NCBI GenBank assembly: GCA_963737655.1
Contig: CAVTTN010000002.1
Span: forward strand, 6,464,001-6,528,000
Reading direction: 5' to 3'
From: an uncultured Planctomycetota bacterium
GTDB taxonomy: Bacteria > Planctomycetota > Planctomycetia > Isosphaerales > Isosphaeraceae
DNA length: 64,000 nucleotides
Shown: one piece after another, positions 51,287 to 62,953 of the stretch
How positions within the stretch are numbered: the stretch's first letter is position 1
How the letters are laid out: each line of letters opens with the position of its first letter
Program-made: the position numbers and the translations under genes
Notes under the pieces: model-generated
Told to the model about the DNA's origin: nothing
What the model saw: the letters and a program-made list of their open reading frames with translations, nothing else
Database searches by the model: none

Positions 51287-54200
51287 CTACCTCGCGATGG
51301 GGCGTGGTCCGTGTGCTCGATGGTTATTGGTTTTCGACACCGGAAGGACCCCTTGGGGCGTGGCGGCCCGCGCGACGACCCGGACCGCGGCGGCATGGGC
51401 GGCCTTGAGGGCGCTCTTGTGCGGGACCACGACGGTGTGCTTCTTGCCTGCGTTCGGGGTTCCGAGCGGGTGCTTGGGCGACGCGTCGCCGTTCGGGGCC
51501 TGCCACGTCGTGAAGACCTTCTGTTGGGACCCTTGGAGCCCGATGACGAAGTCGCCGCCCGGTTTGTTGTTGCCCGAGCCAAAATACCCGTAGAACTCGC
51601 CGTCGAGGGCGTTGCCCGCGACGTCACGCAGGCCGTTGCCGGACAGCGTGCCTGCCCCGTCCGCGGAGTCGATGGTCAGGAGGAAACGGCCGCTGCCGAG
51701 AGCCGTGCCGTTGTCGATCGCGATCGTCAAGGTCTGCCGGTCGGTCGGCAGAGACGCGGGGGTCGCCGACAGCGAGGTCATGGGGTAAGGCGACTTGGTT
51801 GTCGGGTGCCCCGGTGCATACGCGCCAAAATGGTAGTTCGCCTTGTCGACCAGGGCGGTCTGGTCAAGCCCGGAGCGGTCGTCGGCCGCGGTCACGATGA
51901 TTCGTCCCTGCTTCCGGTTGAACTGAAGGCTCAGGACCTTCGGCCCCACCGTGTCGATGACGAGCTGCTGCGGCACGTAGGCGACGGCCACCGTCTGGCC
52001 GGAGGCGTCCGTGGCGGTGACGCCGATCGTGTAGACGCCGTCCGCCAGCGGCGAGTTGATCGGCACCGTGAACCGGCCGTCGGCACCGGTGGTGGCATGA
52101 CCCACCGGCGTGCTCCCCGAGGCCGAGATCGCGAACAGTTGGATCGTCGAGCCGGGCTCGGACCCGCCGAAGAAGCTGGGCGTGTTGTCGTTGGTGATGC
52201 CGTCGGAGTTCGACACCCCGTGGTCGTCCGCCGGGTTGAGGATCACGGAGACGTTGATGGGGACATCCGCCACCGCCGCGGTTCCGGCGAGGGCCAGCCC
52301 CTGGCCGCCGTCGTCCTTGACCGTGACGCTGATCGGGAACATGCCCGTGCCGTTGGCGTGGGCATCCGCATAGGTGTGGCTGCCGGTGATGACGAAGGCG
52401 GTCCCGACACCCCCCGGCTGGCTGATGCCGCCGAGGCTGGTGGTGCCGTCGCCCCACGAAATCGTGGCGGTGAAGTCGCCGACCGAACTGGAGGGGTTGG
52501 TGTCGTGGAACGAGCCGACCAGGACGTTCGAGAGCGGGAGCCGTTCGGTCGCCGAGAGGTTCGGCGTCGCGACCGGGACGAGGGAGGCGTCGGAGACGAG
52601 CGCGACGTTCGCCGTCATGGCTCCCCCGGACGGGTTGTCCAGGTCGCTGATCGCAACGTGGACGACGTAGCTGCCTGGTTCGGCATACGTATGCGACGGG
52701 GCGAGCACGCTGTAGCCCGTGGCACCAGACCGGATGCTGCCTTCGACGGCCGGCGAGCTATCGCCCCAGTTGATCGTCGCCGCGAAGTTGCCGATCGGGG
52801 CCAGGTTGTCGCCGTGATCGAAGGTCGCGATGACCTGGCCGGCGACGGTGGCGAGCCCTTCCGTCGTCGAGATCGGCAAGGCCGTGGCGGCCGTGATCCG
52901 CGAGGCCAGGACCGTCGCCTGGGAAGTGATCGTCGTGCCCGCCCCGCCCGAATCATTGACGGTGACGGTCGCGGTGAACGTGCCCGCCCCGGCGTAGGTG
53001 TGGTTGCCGAAGACGCTAAAGCGCGCTCCGGCGCCGAGCCGCCGACCAGGACCACGTTGCCGGTCGAGGGGGCTGTGTCGTCGCCCCAGTCGATGGTGGC
53101 CAGGAAGTCGGCGGCTGACGCCGCCCGGTTGCCGTCGACGAAACTTCCGAGCGGCACGTTGACCAGCGGCGCGGCTTCGGCCGTCGTCACGGCGACGCCC
53201 GACGCACCGGAGAGGGGCGCGTCGAGGACGATGGCCAACGTATTCGTCTGGTCACGGTTGCCATCCGTGTCGACGACCGAGGTCCGGATGACGAACGATC
53301 CCTCCTCGGCATAAGTGTGGCTCCCCTGGACCACGAAGTTGCCCGAACCGTTGCCGGGCACGATGGTGCCGACGGACGGCAGGGTGTCGTCACCCCAATC
53401 GATCGTGGCGACGAAACCCGAGGTCGTCGCGCCCGGCGAGCTATCGGTGAACGTGGCGACGATCGCGCCGGTGAACCGCGTCCCTTCGATCGTATCGATC
53501 CGCGATCCCGGACTGAGCACCGGCAGGATGGGCGCGGCCGGCTTGACCGCCACGAGGTTGCCGCCGATCGCCGAGGACGGCGATTCGCTGATGGTCAGCT
53601 TCAACGCGTAGCTGCCCGGGTCGGCGTAGGTGTGGCCGACGCTGGAGGAGACACGGAAGCTCGTGCCACCCAGGGAGATGATCTCGACGGACTTATCGAC
53701 GGGCGACCCGTCTCCCCAATCGATGCTCGCCGAGTACTGGCCGACCGTATCGACCCCCAGGGCGTCGCTGAACGTCCCGATCACCGTCTCGGCGGGGATT
53801 GCGGTCCCTGCGGTCGCCGTCTGGGGCAGCACGGCCACGCTCAGGGTGGACTGGGCGACCGTCACGTTGGTCGATTCCGGGGCGATCGTCAGCGACTGTC
53901 CCCCGATGTCGTTGACCAGGACCATCGTCGCGAAGCTGCCCGGCGATTCGTACGTGTGCGAGCCGTACACCGCGAAGATCGCCCCGGCGGCGGTCCCGCC
54001 GATCCGCACGACCTGCATGTTGGTGTCGATGCCCGAGACATCGCCCCAGTCGATCGCCGCGACGAAGTCGGCCTCGGTCGCATTCGGGTTGGCGTCGACG
54101 AACGTCGCGACCGGGACCGAATACAGGGGCACGTGCTCGGCCGCAGAGACCGGGAGCGACTTGCCGGTCGTCAACGGCGCATCGAGGACCGAAGGGACCC

Positions 54201-57200
54201 GGGAAGTGGCGATGGACGTATTGTTATAGGCGTCGGTGACTCGGACGGTGATGGTGTAACCGTTCGGGCCCGCGTGGGCGTAGGTGTGGCCGCCACTGAC
54301 GATGAAGTCGGTGCCGACGCCGTCGGGCTGGGTGATTGTGCCGACGGTCGAGGGCGTGCCGTCGCCCCAGTCGATCACGGCGGCGAAATCACTAGCGCTA
54401 GCGGTGGGATCGCCGGAGGTGAAGCTGGCGACCTGAGTTGCCACCGGGATTGGCTGCCCCTCGGTCGCGCCGATCGCGCCGGCGGTGGAAGCCGTCAGCG
54501 AGGCGGCGGTCACCACCGCCGAGCCGTTTCCGATGCCGAAGATTGCGAAGGTGTCGGCGACATAAACCGTGATGGGATAAATCCCGGGCTTGGCGTAGGT
54601 GTGCGTGGGCGCGGAGATGGAGTACATGCCATCCGTCATAAACATTGGGTCGATTGTAGCCGGCGTGGATTGGCCGTCGCCCCAGTCGACAAAGGCTTGA
54701 TAGTTCTCCACGGGATCGGCTCCGCCCGCGTCGAAGAAGACGCCGACGGTCTGGTCGGGGGTCGGCGTGGCGGCGACGGCGCTGATCGAGAGGACCGAGA
54801 CCGACAACGGAGTCAGCGTGATCGACGCGGTCGTGTCGATCGTCGTGGTCTCGCCGCCCGAATCGGTCACGGTGATGGTCACCATGTAATGCAAGTCAGT
54901 CACCGACGTGTAGACGTGCGAGCCGCTGACGGCGAACTTCGCGTTGCTCGCCGTGCCCCCGACCAGGGTGGCGAAGCCGGTATCGGCGGGCGTCCCGTCG
55001 CCCCAGTCGATCGAAACGGTGAAGTCGGCGGCCGTGGCGAGCGGGTTGCCGTCGAGGAAGGTGCCGAGCGGGATGTTGGAGAGCTGCTGGCCCTCGGCCG
55101 CCTGGAAGGGGAAGGCGGTCGGGCTGCTCAATGGCGCGTCGGCGACCGAGGTGATCTGGGTCGTCGCGACGGACGCGTTGTTGAAGGCGTCGGTCACCCT
55201 CACAGTCACCGTGTAGCCGCCCGCCGTCTCGTGGGCGTAGGTGTGACCGCCGTCGACGAGGAATGCGGTGCCGACGCCGCCGGGCTGGGTGATGGTGCCG
55301 ATGGTCGAGGGCGTGCCGTCGCCCCAGTCGATCACGGCGCTGAAGCCGGCGACGGCGGCGGTCGGGTCACCCGAGAGGAATCTGGCGACCTGGGTTGAGC
55401 CAGGCAGCGGCTGTCCTTCGACTGCGCCAGTGATCGGGTTGCCGTCGAAGACCGTCAGCGAGGCGGCGGCGACCACAGCCAGACCATTTCCGCTGCCCGA
55501 AGTCGTGCCGGAGTCATCGACGGTGACCGTGGTGGGATAGAGTCCCGGCCTGGCATAAGTGTGCGCCGGCGCGTTGACGTTGAACAGGCCCGGTTGACCG
55601 GGGACGGCCGTGATCGTGACCGCCTCGGACGTGTCGTCGCTGGTGCCATCGCCCCAGTGGACGGTTGCCGAATAGTTCCCCACGGGATCGGCACCACCGG
55701 CGTCGAAGAAGGTGGCGATGACCTGACTGGCGGTCGGGGTGGCGGCGACGGCGTTGATCGAGAGGACCGAGACCGAAAGCGGTGTCTGCGTGACCGTCGC
55801 GGCCGTGTTGATGGTCGTGGTCGCGCCTCCCGAATCCGTCACCGAGACGGTGACCGCGTACGGCGAGCCCGCCGCCGAGGCATAGACGTGCGAGCCGCCG
55901 ACGGCGAACTTGGCGTTGCTCGCCGAGCCGCCCACCAGGGTGGCGAAGCCGGGATCGCTGGTGGTGCCGTCGCCCCAGTTGATCGACACGGCGAAATCGG
56001 CGGCCGAGGCCAGCGGGTTGCCATCGAGGAAGGTGCCGAGCGCGATGTTCGAGAGCTGCTGACCTTCACCCGCCCAGATCGGGAACCCCGTCGGGCCGCT
56101 CAGCGCCGCGTCGGTGACCGTGATGGAGGTGGTATGCGCGGCCGTCGAGCCGTTGAGATCGGCCACGTCGACGCTGAGGGTGTAAGGGGTGCCGCTGGTG
56201 TGTTCGGGGTAGGTATGGATGCCGCTCACGGTGTAGGTGGCACCGCTCTTGACGATCGTGCCGAGGCTCGAAGGACTGCCGTCGCCCCACGAAATCGTGG
56301 CGGTAAATTCGGCGGCGGTGGAATTGGGGTTGCCGTCGGTGAAGGTCATCAGTGCGATGGCACCGGTGAAGTTCACCCGGGCCCCCTCGGTGACCGACGC
56401 CGACGCGATCCCGCCGGTGGTCGTCAGAGGGGCGTCGGCAACGGTCGCGATATTGCCGCCAAGTCCGGTGGACGTCCCGTTGACGACGGTGAGCTTCAGA
56501 GCGTAGGTGCCGGGCGTGGCGTAGGTGTGCCCGTTTCCGGTATCGACCCGGAAGGCCGAACCGCCCAGGGCGGTGATGACGACGGACGTGTCGGGGGCCG
56601 ATCCGTCACCCCAATCGAGCGAGGCCGAGTAGTTGCCTACCGGATCGGCTCCGGCGAGGTCGAGGAAGGTCCCGACGGCCGTTCCCGAGAGGATGGCGGT
56701 CGCCTCGGTCGCCGTCTGAGGCAACGCGGTCACGCTCAGGGCTGACTGCATGACGTTCGCGTTCTCCGAGCCCGGCGTGATGGTGAGGGTCGAGCCGTCC
56801 TGATCCGCCACGTTGACGACGATCGAGTAGGAACCCGCCGCGTCGTAGGTGTGCGTCCCATAGACCGCGAAAATCGTCCCCGAGCCACCGCCGCCGACGA
56901 GGACCACCTCGGCGTTGGAATCGATGCCTGAATCATCCCCCCATTCGATCGTGGCGGTGAAGTCGGTCGCGGTCGCAAACGGGTTGGTGTCGACGAACGT
57001 CCCGACCGGGATGGACACCAGCGGCTGATGCACGACCGACGAGACCGGCAGCGGCGTGCCCGTGGTCAGCGGGGCGTCGGCGACCGAGGTGACCGGGGTG
57101 ATGGCGACGGACGAGTTGTTGAAGGCGTCGGTCACCCGCACGGTGACGGAGTAGCCGCCTTCGGCCCCGCGCAAGTAAGTGTGGCCGCCGCTGACGAGGA

Positions 57201-59813
57201 ACGTCGTGCCGACGCCGCCGGGCTGGGTGATGGTGCCGATCGTCGAGGGCGTGCCGTCCCCCCAGTCGATCACGGCGCTGAAACCGGTGATGGCGGCGGT
57301 CGGGTCACCCGAGAGGAAGCTGGCGACCTGGGTCTGGGGGGCGAGCGGCTGCCCTTCGACTGCGTCAGCAATCGGGATTCCGTCGGAGGCCGTCAGCGAG
57401 GCGGCAGCGACCAGGGCGAACCCATTGCCGCTGCCCGACGTCGTGCCCGAGTCAACGACAGACACGCTGATGGGATAGAGCCCGGGCGTGGCGTAGGTAT
57501 GTGCCGGAACGGTGACGGTGAACAGGCCCGGCTGCCCGGAGACGGCGGAGATCGAGACATCCGGGAGCGTGTTGCTGGTGCCGTCGCCCCAGCTCACGAA
57601 CGCGGAGTAGTTGCCCACCGGATCATTACCGCCGGCGTCGAAGAAGGTGGCGATGACCTGGCTGGAGGTCGGGGTGGCGGCGACGGCGTTGATCGGCCTG
57701 GCGTAGACCGAAAGCGGCGTCTGCGTGACCGTCGCGGCCGTGTTGATGGTCGTGGTCGCGCCTCCCGAATCGGTCACCGAGACCGTCACCGCGTACGGCG
57801 AGCCCGCCGCCGAGGCATAGACGTGCGAGCCGCTCACGGCGAACTTGGCGTTGCTCGCCGAGCCCCCGACCAGGGTGGCGAAGCCGGGATCGCTGGTGGT
57901 GCCGTCGCCCCAGTTGATCGACACGGCGAAATCGGCGGCCGTGGCGAGCGGGTTGCCGTCGAGGAAGGTGCCGAGCGGGATGTTGGAGAGCTGCTGGCCC
58001 TCGGCCGCCTGGAAGGGGAAGGCGGTCGGGCCGCTGAGTGCCGCGTCGGTCACCGTGATGGCCGATGTGTGCGTGGCCGTCGAGCCCGCGAGGCTGGTCA
58101 CGGTCACGCGGAGGGTGTAGGGCGTGCCGGTGGTGTGCTCGGGGTAGGTGTGGATGCCGCTCACGGTGTAGGTGGCACCGCTCTTGACGATGGTGCCGAG
58201 AGTCGCCGGCGAGCCGTCTCCCCAGGAGACCGAGGCAGTAAATCCGGCGGCGGTGGAATTCGGATCGCTATCGGTGTAAGTCATCAGGGCGATGGCGCCG
58301 GTGAAGTTCACCCGGGCCCCTCGGTGACCGACGCCGACGCGATCCCTCCGGTGGTCGTCAGAGTGGAGGCGGCGGCTCCGGAGACGAGTGCGAGGCCGTT
58401 TCCGATGCCCGAGGTCGGGTCAGAGTCATTGACCGAGACCGTGAGCGGATAGAGCCCGGACGCGGCATACGTGTGCGCCGGCGCGTTGACGTTGAACAGG
58501 CCCGGTTGCCCGGAGACGGCGGTGATCGTGACGGCTCCGGTCGTGTCGTCGCTCGTGCCGTCGCCCCAGAGAACGTTGGCGGAGTAGTTGCCCACCGGAT
58601 CGGCGCCACCGGCGTCGAAGAAGGTGGCGATGACCTGGCTGGAGGTCGGGGTGGCGGCGACGGCGTTCATGGAGAGGACCGAGACCGAAAGCGGCGTCTG
58701 CGTGACCGTCGCGGCCGAGTTGATGGTCGTGGTCGCGCCTCCCGAATCCGTCACCGAGACCGTCACCGCGTACGGCGAGCCCGCCGCCGAGGCATAGACG
58801 TGCGAGCCGCTCACGGCGAACTTGGCGTTGCTCGCCGAGCCGCCCACCAGGGTGGCGAAGCCGGGATCGCTGGTGGTGCCGTCGCCCCAGTTGATCGACA
58901 CGGCGAAATCGGCGGCCGTGGCGAGTGGGTTGCCGTCGAGGAAGGTGCCGAGCGGGATGTTGGAGAGCTGCTGGCCCTCGGCCGCCTGGAAGGGGAAGGC
59001 GGTCGGGCCGCTGAGTGCCGCGTCGGTCACCGTGATGGCCGATGTGTGCGTGGCCGTCGAGCCTCCGAGGTCAGTCACGGTCACGCGGAGGGTGTAGGGC
59101 GTGCCGGTGGTGTGCTCGGGGTAGGTATGGATGCCGCTCACGGTGTAGGTGGCACCGCTCTTGACGATCGTGCCGAGACTACTGGGGCTGCCATCGCCCC
59201 AGGAGATCGAGGCGCCGAATTCGGCGGCGGTCGAGTTAGGGTTGCCGTCGGTGAAGGTCATCAGGGCGATGGCGCCGGTGAAGTTCACCCGGGCCCCCTC
59301 GGTGACCGACGCCGACGCGATCCCGCCGGTGGTCGTCAGAGGGGCGTCCTCGACCACTGTGCTGCTGGTGATGAGGCCGTTGGTGGAGTCGGATTCGTCG
59401 GAGACCGTCACCGTGATCGGCTGGGAGCTGCTGCCGGTCTCCTCGGGAAAGGTGGTTCCACCCGTGACGCTGTACTGGGGCACGGCCCCCACGTTCGGCA
59501 CGAAGACGCTGCCGATCAGATTGATCGTGCCGACGGACGAAGTCGGCGTGGCCGTCGGCCCCCAGTTGATCGTCGCCGACAGGCCGCCGAGGGCGGAAGA
59601 GCTGGCGAACGTCCCGACCACCGCGCCGGCGAACGCCGTCCCTTCGACCGGGCTGGGCGCCATGATCACCCCGATCGGGTTGTCAATGGTCAGCAAGCAG
59701 CGATCTTCCAGTCGCTCGAGGAGGAACCGTCCACGACACTTCGTCGGATGACCGACCGAATTCCTCGTCGTCCGACCCTTCGCCTTCTGTGACTTGCCTT
59801 GACCCTGCGTCAT
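51287..59813 (-). CDS. Giant secreted adhesin-like protein (~2,840 aa) of tandem Ig/PKD-like domains; frameshifts at ~58318 and ~53035
   Basis: LERLEDRCLL leader; more than 20 repeats of 'F.A.I.WGDG...V.G.HTY'; DGITNDNTP..G..EPGSTI Big-type domain; LRDVAGNALDGEF..SGN..PGGDF C-terminal motif. Confidence 0.9.
54500..59340 (-). repeat. Near-identical ~1-kb intragenic duplications
   Basis: Three-domain block at ~59340-58380, ~58360-57410 and ~56430-55470, with a partial copy at ~55135-54500. Confidence 0.88.
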
Positions 59814-60293
59814 CGCCGTGACTCCCTGGAGATCCGCCAGCCTGGAACCGCAAATCCTCGCGAACCGCGCGACGAACCACCCGGAGCGAGCGAAGCTCGT
59901 TCGTCGAGAAAGTGGTATTGCGTCCGACGCGCAGAGGCTCAGACGATCAACCGATTGGCAGGTGTAGCCCCTGGGCCACGCGCTCGGTGTTTCGGGGCCG
60001 ACTCTGTTCGGTTCGCGGGCACTTAGGGGGAATCTAGAACAAGGATTGTCACGGGCCAGCTAATTAATTAATAGCGGATATGAATGCATGTTTTGTGCAA
60101 CTTCTTCGATAAATACCCTCAAGCTTCCCTGAACTCCGACATCCAAGAGAGGCAGAGAATGGCAGGGTTACGGTCTAGCGCCTTCGGAATTGGCGAGGAA
60201 ATCTGGAATTCCTGCAAACCATCAAACACGCAACGCGATTTTCTAAAGCATTGTGTCAAAGAAAGTTGTGTCACGCGGGCGAGCAATCCTCCG

Positions 60294-60340
60294 CCTGCTT
60301 CACACGCAGGATGTCGGGGGTTCGAGTCCCTCATCGCTCA
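60294..60340 (+). pseudogene. tRNA-Val(CAC) 3' fragment (att-like)
   Basis: cctgc-ttCACac-gcagg atgtc ggggg-ttcgagt-ccctc atcgctca; no D arm upstream. Confidence 0.88.
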
Positions 60341-60721
60341 TCGCAACCCTTGATTTGACAAGGATTTGCCGCCGTTCGTCGGCCGCCAGGGCACCTGCTC
60401 TCAGGCCAATCGGCTGGCCCGTAGAGGAGGGCCCTCGCCGATTGGGGCGCGAGAGGTGCGATCGACCTAGCGTGGTCGTTGCCAATTACCGGTCGGTCCG
60501 CACGCGGCTCAGGCGTGACACCGATCGATCCGACGTTCAAACTCTTGGCCAAATGTTGATATTACGAATGTGTCCCGATGCGACGCACGATCGCCGCAAG
60601 TTGCCCCGCCTCGGCGCTCATCGCTGTGACCACAGGTCGCGGCATGGTTACAATCGCTGCCGGCGACGGGTGGCGATCTACGTTGGACTACCCCCGATGC
60701 GCCACGATCTCGGAGTCAACC

Positions 60722-61117
60722 ATGAAGGCGATCCTCTCGATGGCGTTGGTCCTCGGGGCATCCGGCCTGGCGGGCGCGACGGACGACAAGGTGGCCGATC
60801 CGGTCGGGACGTGGAAGTGCAGTTATGAGATCGGCGATCAGAAGCGGACGTCCACCCTGACGCTCAAGAAGGAGGGGGACGCGATCGTCGGCACCATGAC
60901 CTGGCCGGACCAGAAGGACGAGAAGCTCAAGGACCCGAAATTCAAGGACGGGAAGCTGACGTTCTCCGCGGTGAGGAAGTTCATGGAGAACGAGATCCCC
61001 ATCGACTACACCCTGACGATCGACGGGGACAAGCTCAAGGGGAAGGGGGAGGCGGAGTTCGGGGGCCAGAAGCAGGAGTTCGACATCGAGGGCGAGCGCG
61101 AGAAGAAGGACAAGTAA
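60722..61117 (+). CDS. Small secreted beta-barrel-like hypothetical protein
   Basis: GGAG RBS; signal peptide; ADPVGTWK..LTLK..DGKLTFS. Confidence 0.85.
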   Translation: MKAILSMALVLGASGLAGATDDKVADPVGTWKCSYEIGDQKRTSTLTLKKEGDAIVGTMTWPDQKDEKLKDPKFKDGKLTFSAVRKFMENEIPIDYTLTIDGDKLKGKGEAEFGGQKQEFDIEGEREKKDK

Positions 61118-61375
61118 GCGTCGCGGAGTCCAAAGGGTTCCGAGGGCGGATGGACGAAGCGGGCCGAGCTTCGGTACCCCGATGCGGGGTCCCCTTTGCC
61201 CGCTTCGGTGTCGTCGCCCGAAGTGGCTTCCGATCCAGCGGTTTCGGCCCGTCGGGCCGAACCGAGCGAGCCGAGGTCAGCTGGCGCGCCGCTTCCCCGC
61301 TCGTCCCGGAACGACGATGGGCGGGGACGCCGCCTCGCTCGTCGATCCGGGCTTCGTGCGGTCGGCCCGGCCCGC

Positions 61376-62950
61376 TCAGGGCGAGGCCAGGGCGTCCAGG
61401 ACGGCATCGAAGGCGGGCTTGGGCTTGAGGGCCCGGTCCCAGAGCAGCGGGTGATTGGTGCGGCCGGCGACCGGCCAGGAGTTCAGCCAGGATGCGCCGT
61501 CGTGAGGGCCCCAGAAGGTCACTCGCGTGACCACGCCGGGGTGCTTCCGGACCGCCCGGAACAGACGCCCGTAGAAGCGGGCCTGGGCCTCGGCCACCTC
61601 CGGCGGTAGGCCGTCCCGATACGGGTTGGCCCCGCCCTGCTCGCGGGCCGCGACGTCGGCGCCGCCGTCGCGACGCGGTAAGACATCCACATCCAGCTCG
61701 GTGATCATGACCTTCACGCCCTCGGCCGCGTAGGCCGCGATCGCGCGGTCGAGCCGATCGGGGGCGTCGGCGTCGGCGAGCTTCATGTGGCACTGGAGCC
61801 CGACCCCGTCGAGGCGCACGCCCCGGGCCTTCAGCTCGCGGATCAGGCGGATCGTCTTCTCGAGCTTCTCGGGCTGCTCGTTGCTGTAGTCGTTGTAATA
61901 CAGCTCGGCGTCGGGGTCGGCCGCGTGCGCGAGCTCGAATGCCTTGACGATGTAGTCGTCGCCGATCGCGCGGCGAGCCGGCGTGTTGCGGAGGTATTCG
62001 CCCTTCGCGTCGCCGATCGCCTCATTGACCACGTCCCAGCCGATCACCTTGCCCTTGAAGTGGCCCATGACGGCGTCGATGTGGTCCTTGAGATTCTTCA
62101 GGGCCTCGTCGCGTGGCAGCGGCTTGCCGTCCGGGCCTCGGAACAGGAAGGCGGGCGACTGGCTGTGCCAGCAGAGGGTGTGGCCGACGACCTTCATGCG
62201 ATGGCGTTGGGCGAAGTCGACGATCTTGTCTGCCGGGGTGAAACGGAACTCGCCCGGCCGCGGGTGCAGGGAGATCGGCTTGAACTCGTTCTCGGCGGTG
62301 AGGCAGTCGAACTGTTCGGCGATCAGCGCCGCCAGGGGCGGGTTGTCCAGCTGCCGCGACGAGACCGCCGTGCCGACGAGGAATCGGCCCTTCGCGGCCT
62401 CTCGCAGGGACCGCGGCGCCGCGTCGTCCCCCGCCGTGGCGCGGACCTCCTCGCAGGCGAGGTAGCCGCCCGGAGGCGCTCCCGAGAAGCGGACGCAGGC
62501 GATGGCCGACGCCTTCACGGCCATCTCGAAGCTGGGGATCGGCTGCTCCGGCCCGGTCCGCTCCGGCACCCTGTCCCGGGATGCCCGGTCCAGGAGCTTC
62601 CCGTCGGCGTCGAACGCCTCGACGACCGCCTGGCTGCCGATCGAGCCCCAGAGCACGAGGGTGACGGCCGTCACCGGCTTCGGGAAGCGGACATCGACCG
62701 GGATCGACTCGTCCGCCATCGCGTTGAGGAGGCCCTTCCTCGGCGTCTTCAGGTGGGGGAAGAACATCACCTTCCCGGCGGCGCGGTTCCTGGTCGGCGG
62801 GCGCGACGGGGCGAACACGACGCCCTGCTCCTCGTAGCTCGGCATCGGCTTGCCGGCCTGGGCAGCGTCGAAGGTGATGAGAGTCGGGCCGTCGGCGGGC
62901 GCCCCGAGGCTGCCGAGGACTACCAGGGCGATCGAGAGGGCGTGCGTCAT
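61376..62950 (-). CDS. GH10 endo-1,4-beta-xylanase with extra N-terminal domain
   Basis: TAENEFK, GHTLCWHSQ, WDVVNEA (acid/base), YYNDY, ITELDV (nucleophile), TFWG. Confidence 0.95.
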   Translation of the reverse strand: MTHALSIALVVLGSLGAPADGPTLITFDAAQAGKPMPSYEEQGVVFAPSRPPTRNRAAGKVMFFPHLKTPRKGLLNAMADESIPVDVRFPKPVTAVTLVLWGSIGSQAVVEAFDADGKLLDRASRDRVPERTGPEQPIPSFEMAVKASAIACVRFSGAPPGGYLACEEVRATAGDDAAPRSLREAAKGRFLVGTAVSSRQLDNPPLAALIAEQFDCLTAENEFKPISLHPRPGEFRFTPADKIVDFAQRHRMKVVGHTLCWHSQSPAFLFRGPDGKPLPRDEALKNLKDHIDAVMGHFKGKVIGWDVVNEAIGDAKGEYLRNTPARRAIGDDYIVKAFELAHAADPDAELYYNDYSNEQPEKLEKTIRLIRELKARGVRLDGVGLQCHMKLADADAPDRLDRAIAAYAAEGVKVMITELDVDVLPRRDGGADVAAREQGGANPYRDGLPPEVAEAQARFYGRLFRAVRKHPGVVTRVTFWGPHDGASWLNSWPVAGRTNHPLLWDRALKPKPAFDAVLDALASP

Positions 62951-62953
62951 GGC

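Larger units (their letters stand above)
50740..60340. mobile_element. Decayed tRNA-Val-anchored genomic island (no integrase seen)
   Basis: Bounded by tRNA-Val and a directly oriented 47-bp tRNA-Val 3' fragment; contains an IS remnant, a giant adhesin and AT-richer spacer DNA. Confidence 0.72.

Noticed and set aside
59814..60290. Riboswitch (e.g. c-di-GMP) upstream of the adhesin
   Set aside because: No consensus elements recognisable by eye; an Rfam scan would settle it.
60281..60340. Functional second tRNA
   Set aside because: D arm absent; GAGCAAT upstream pairs only imperfectly with the acceptor strand.
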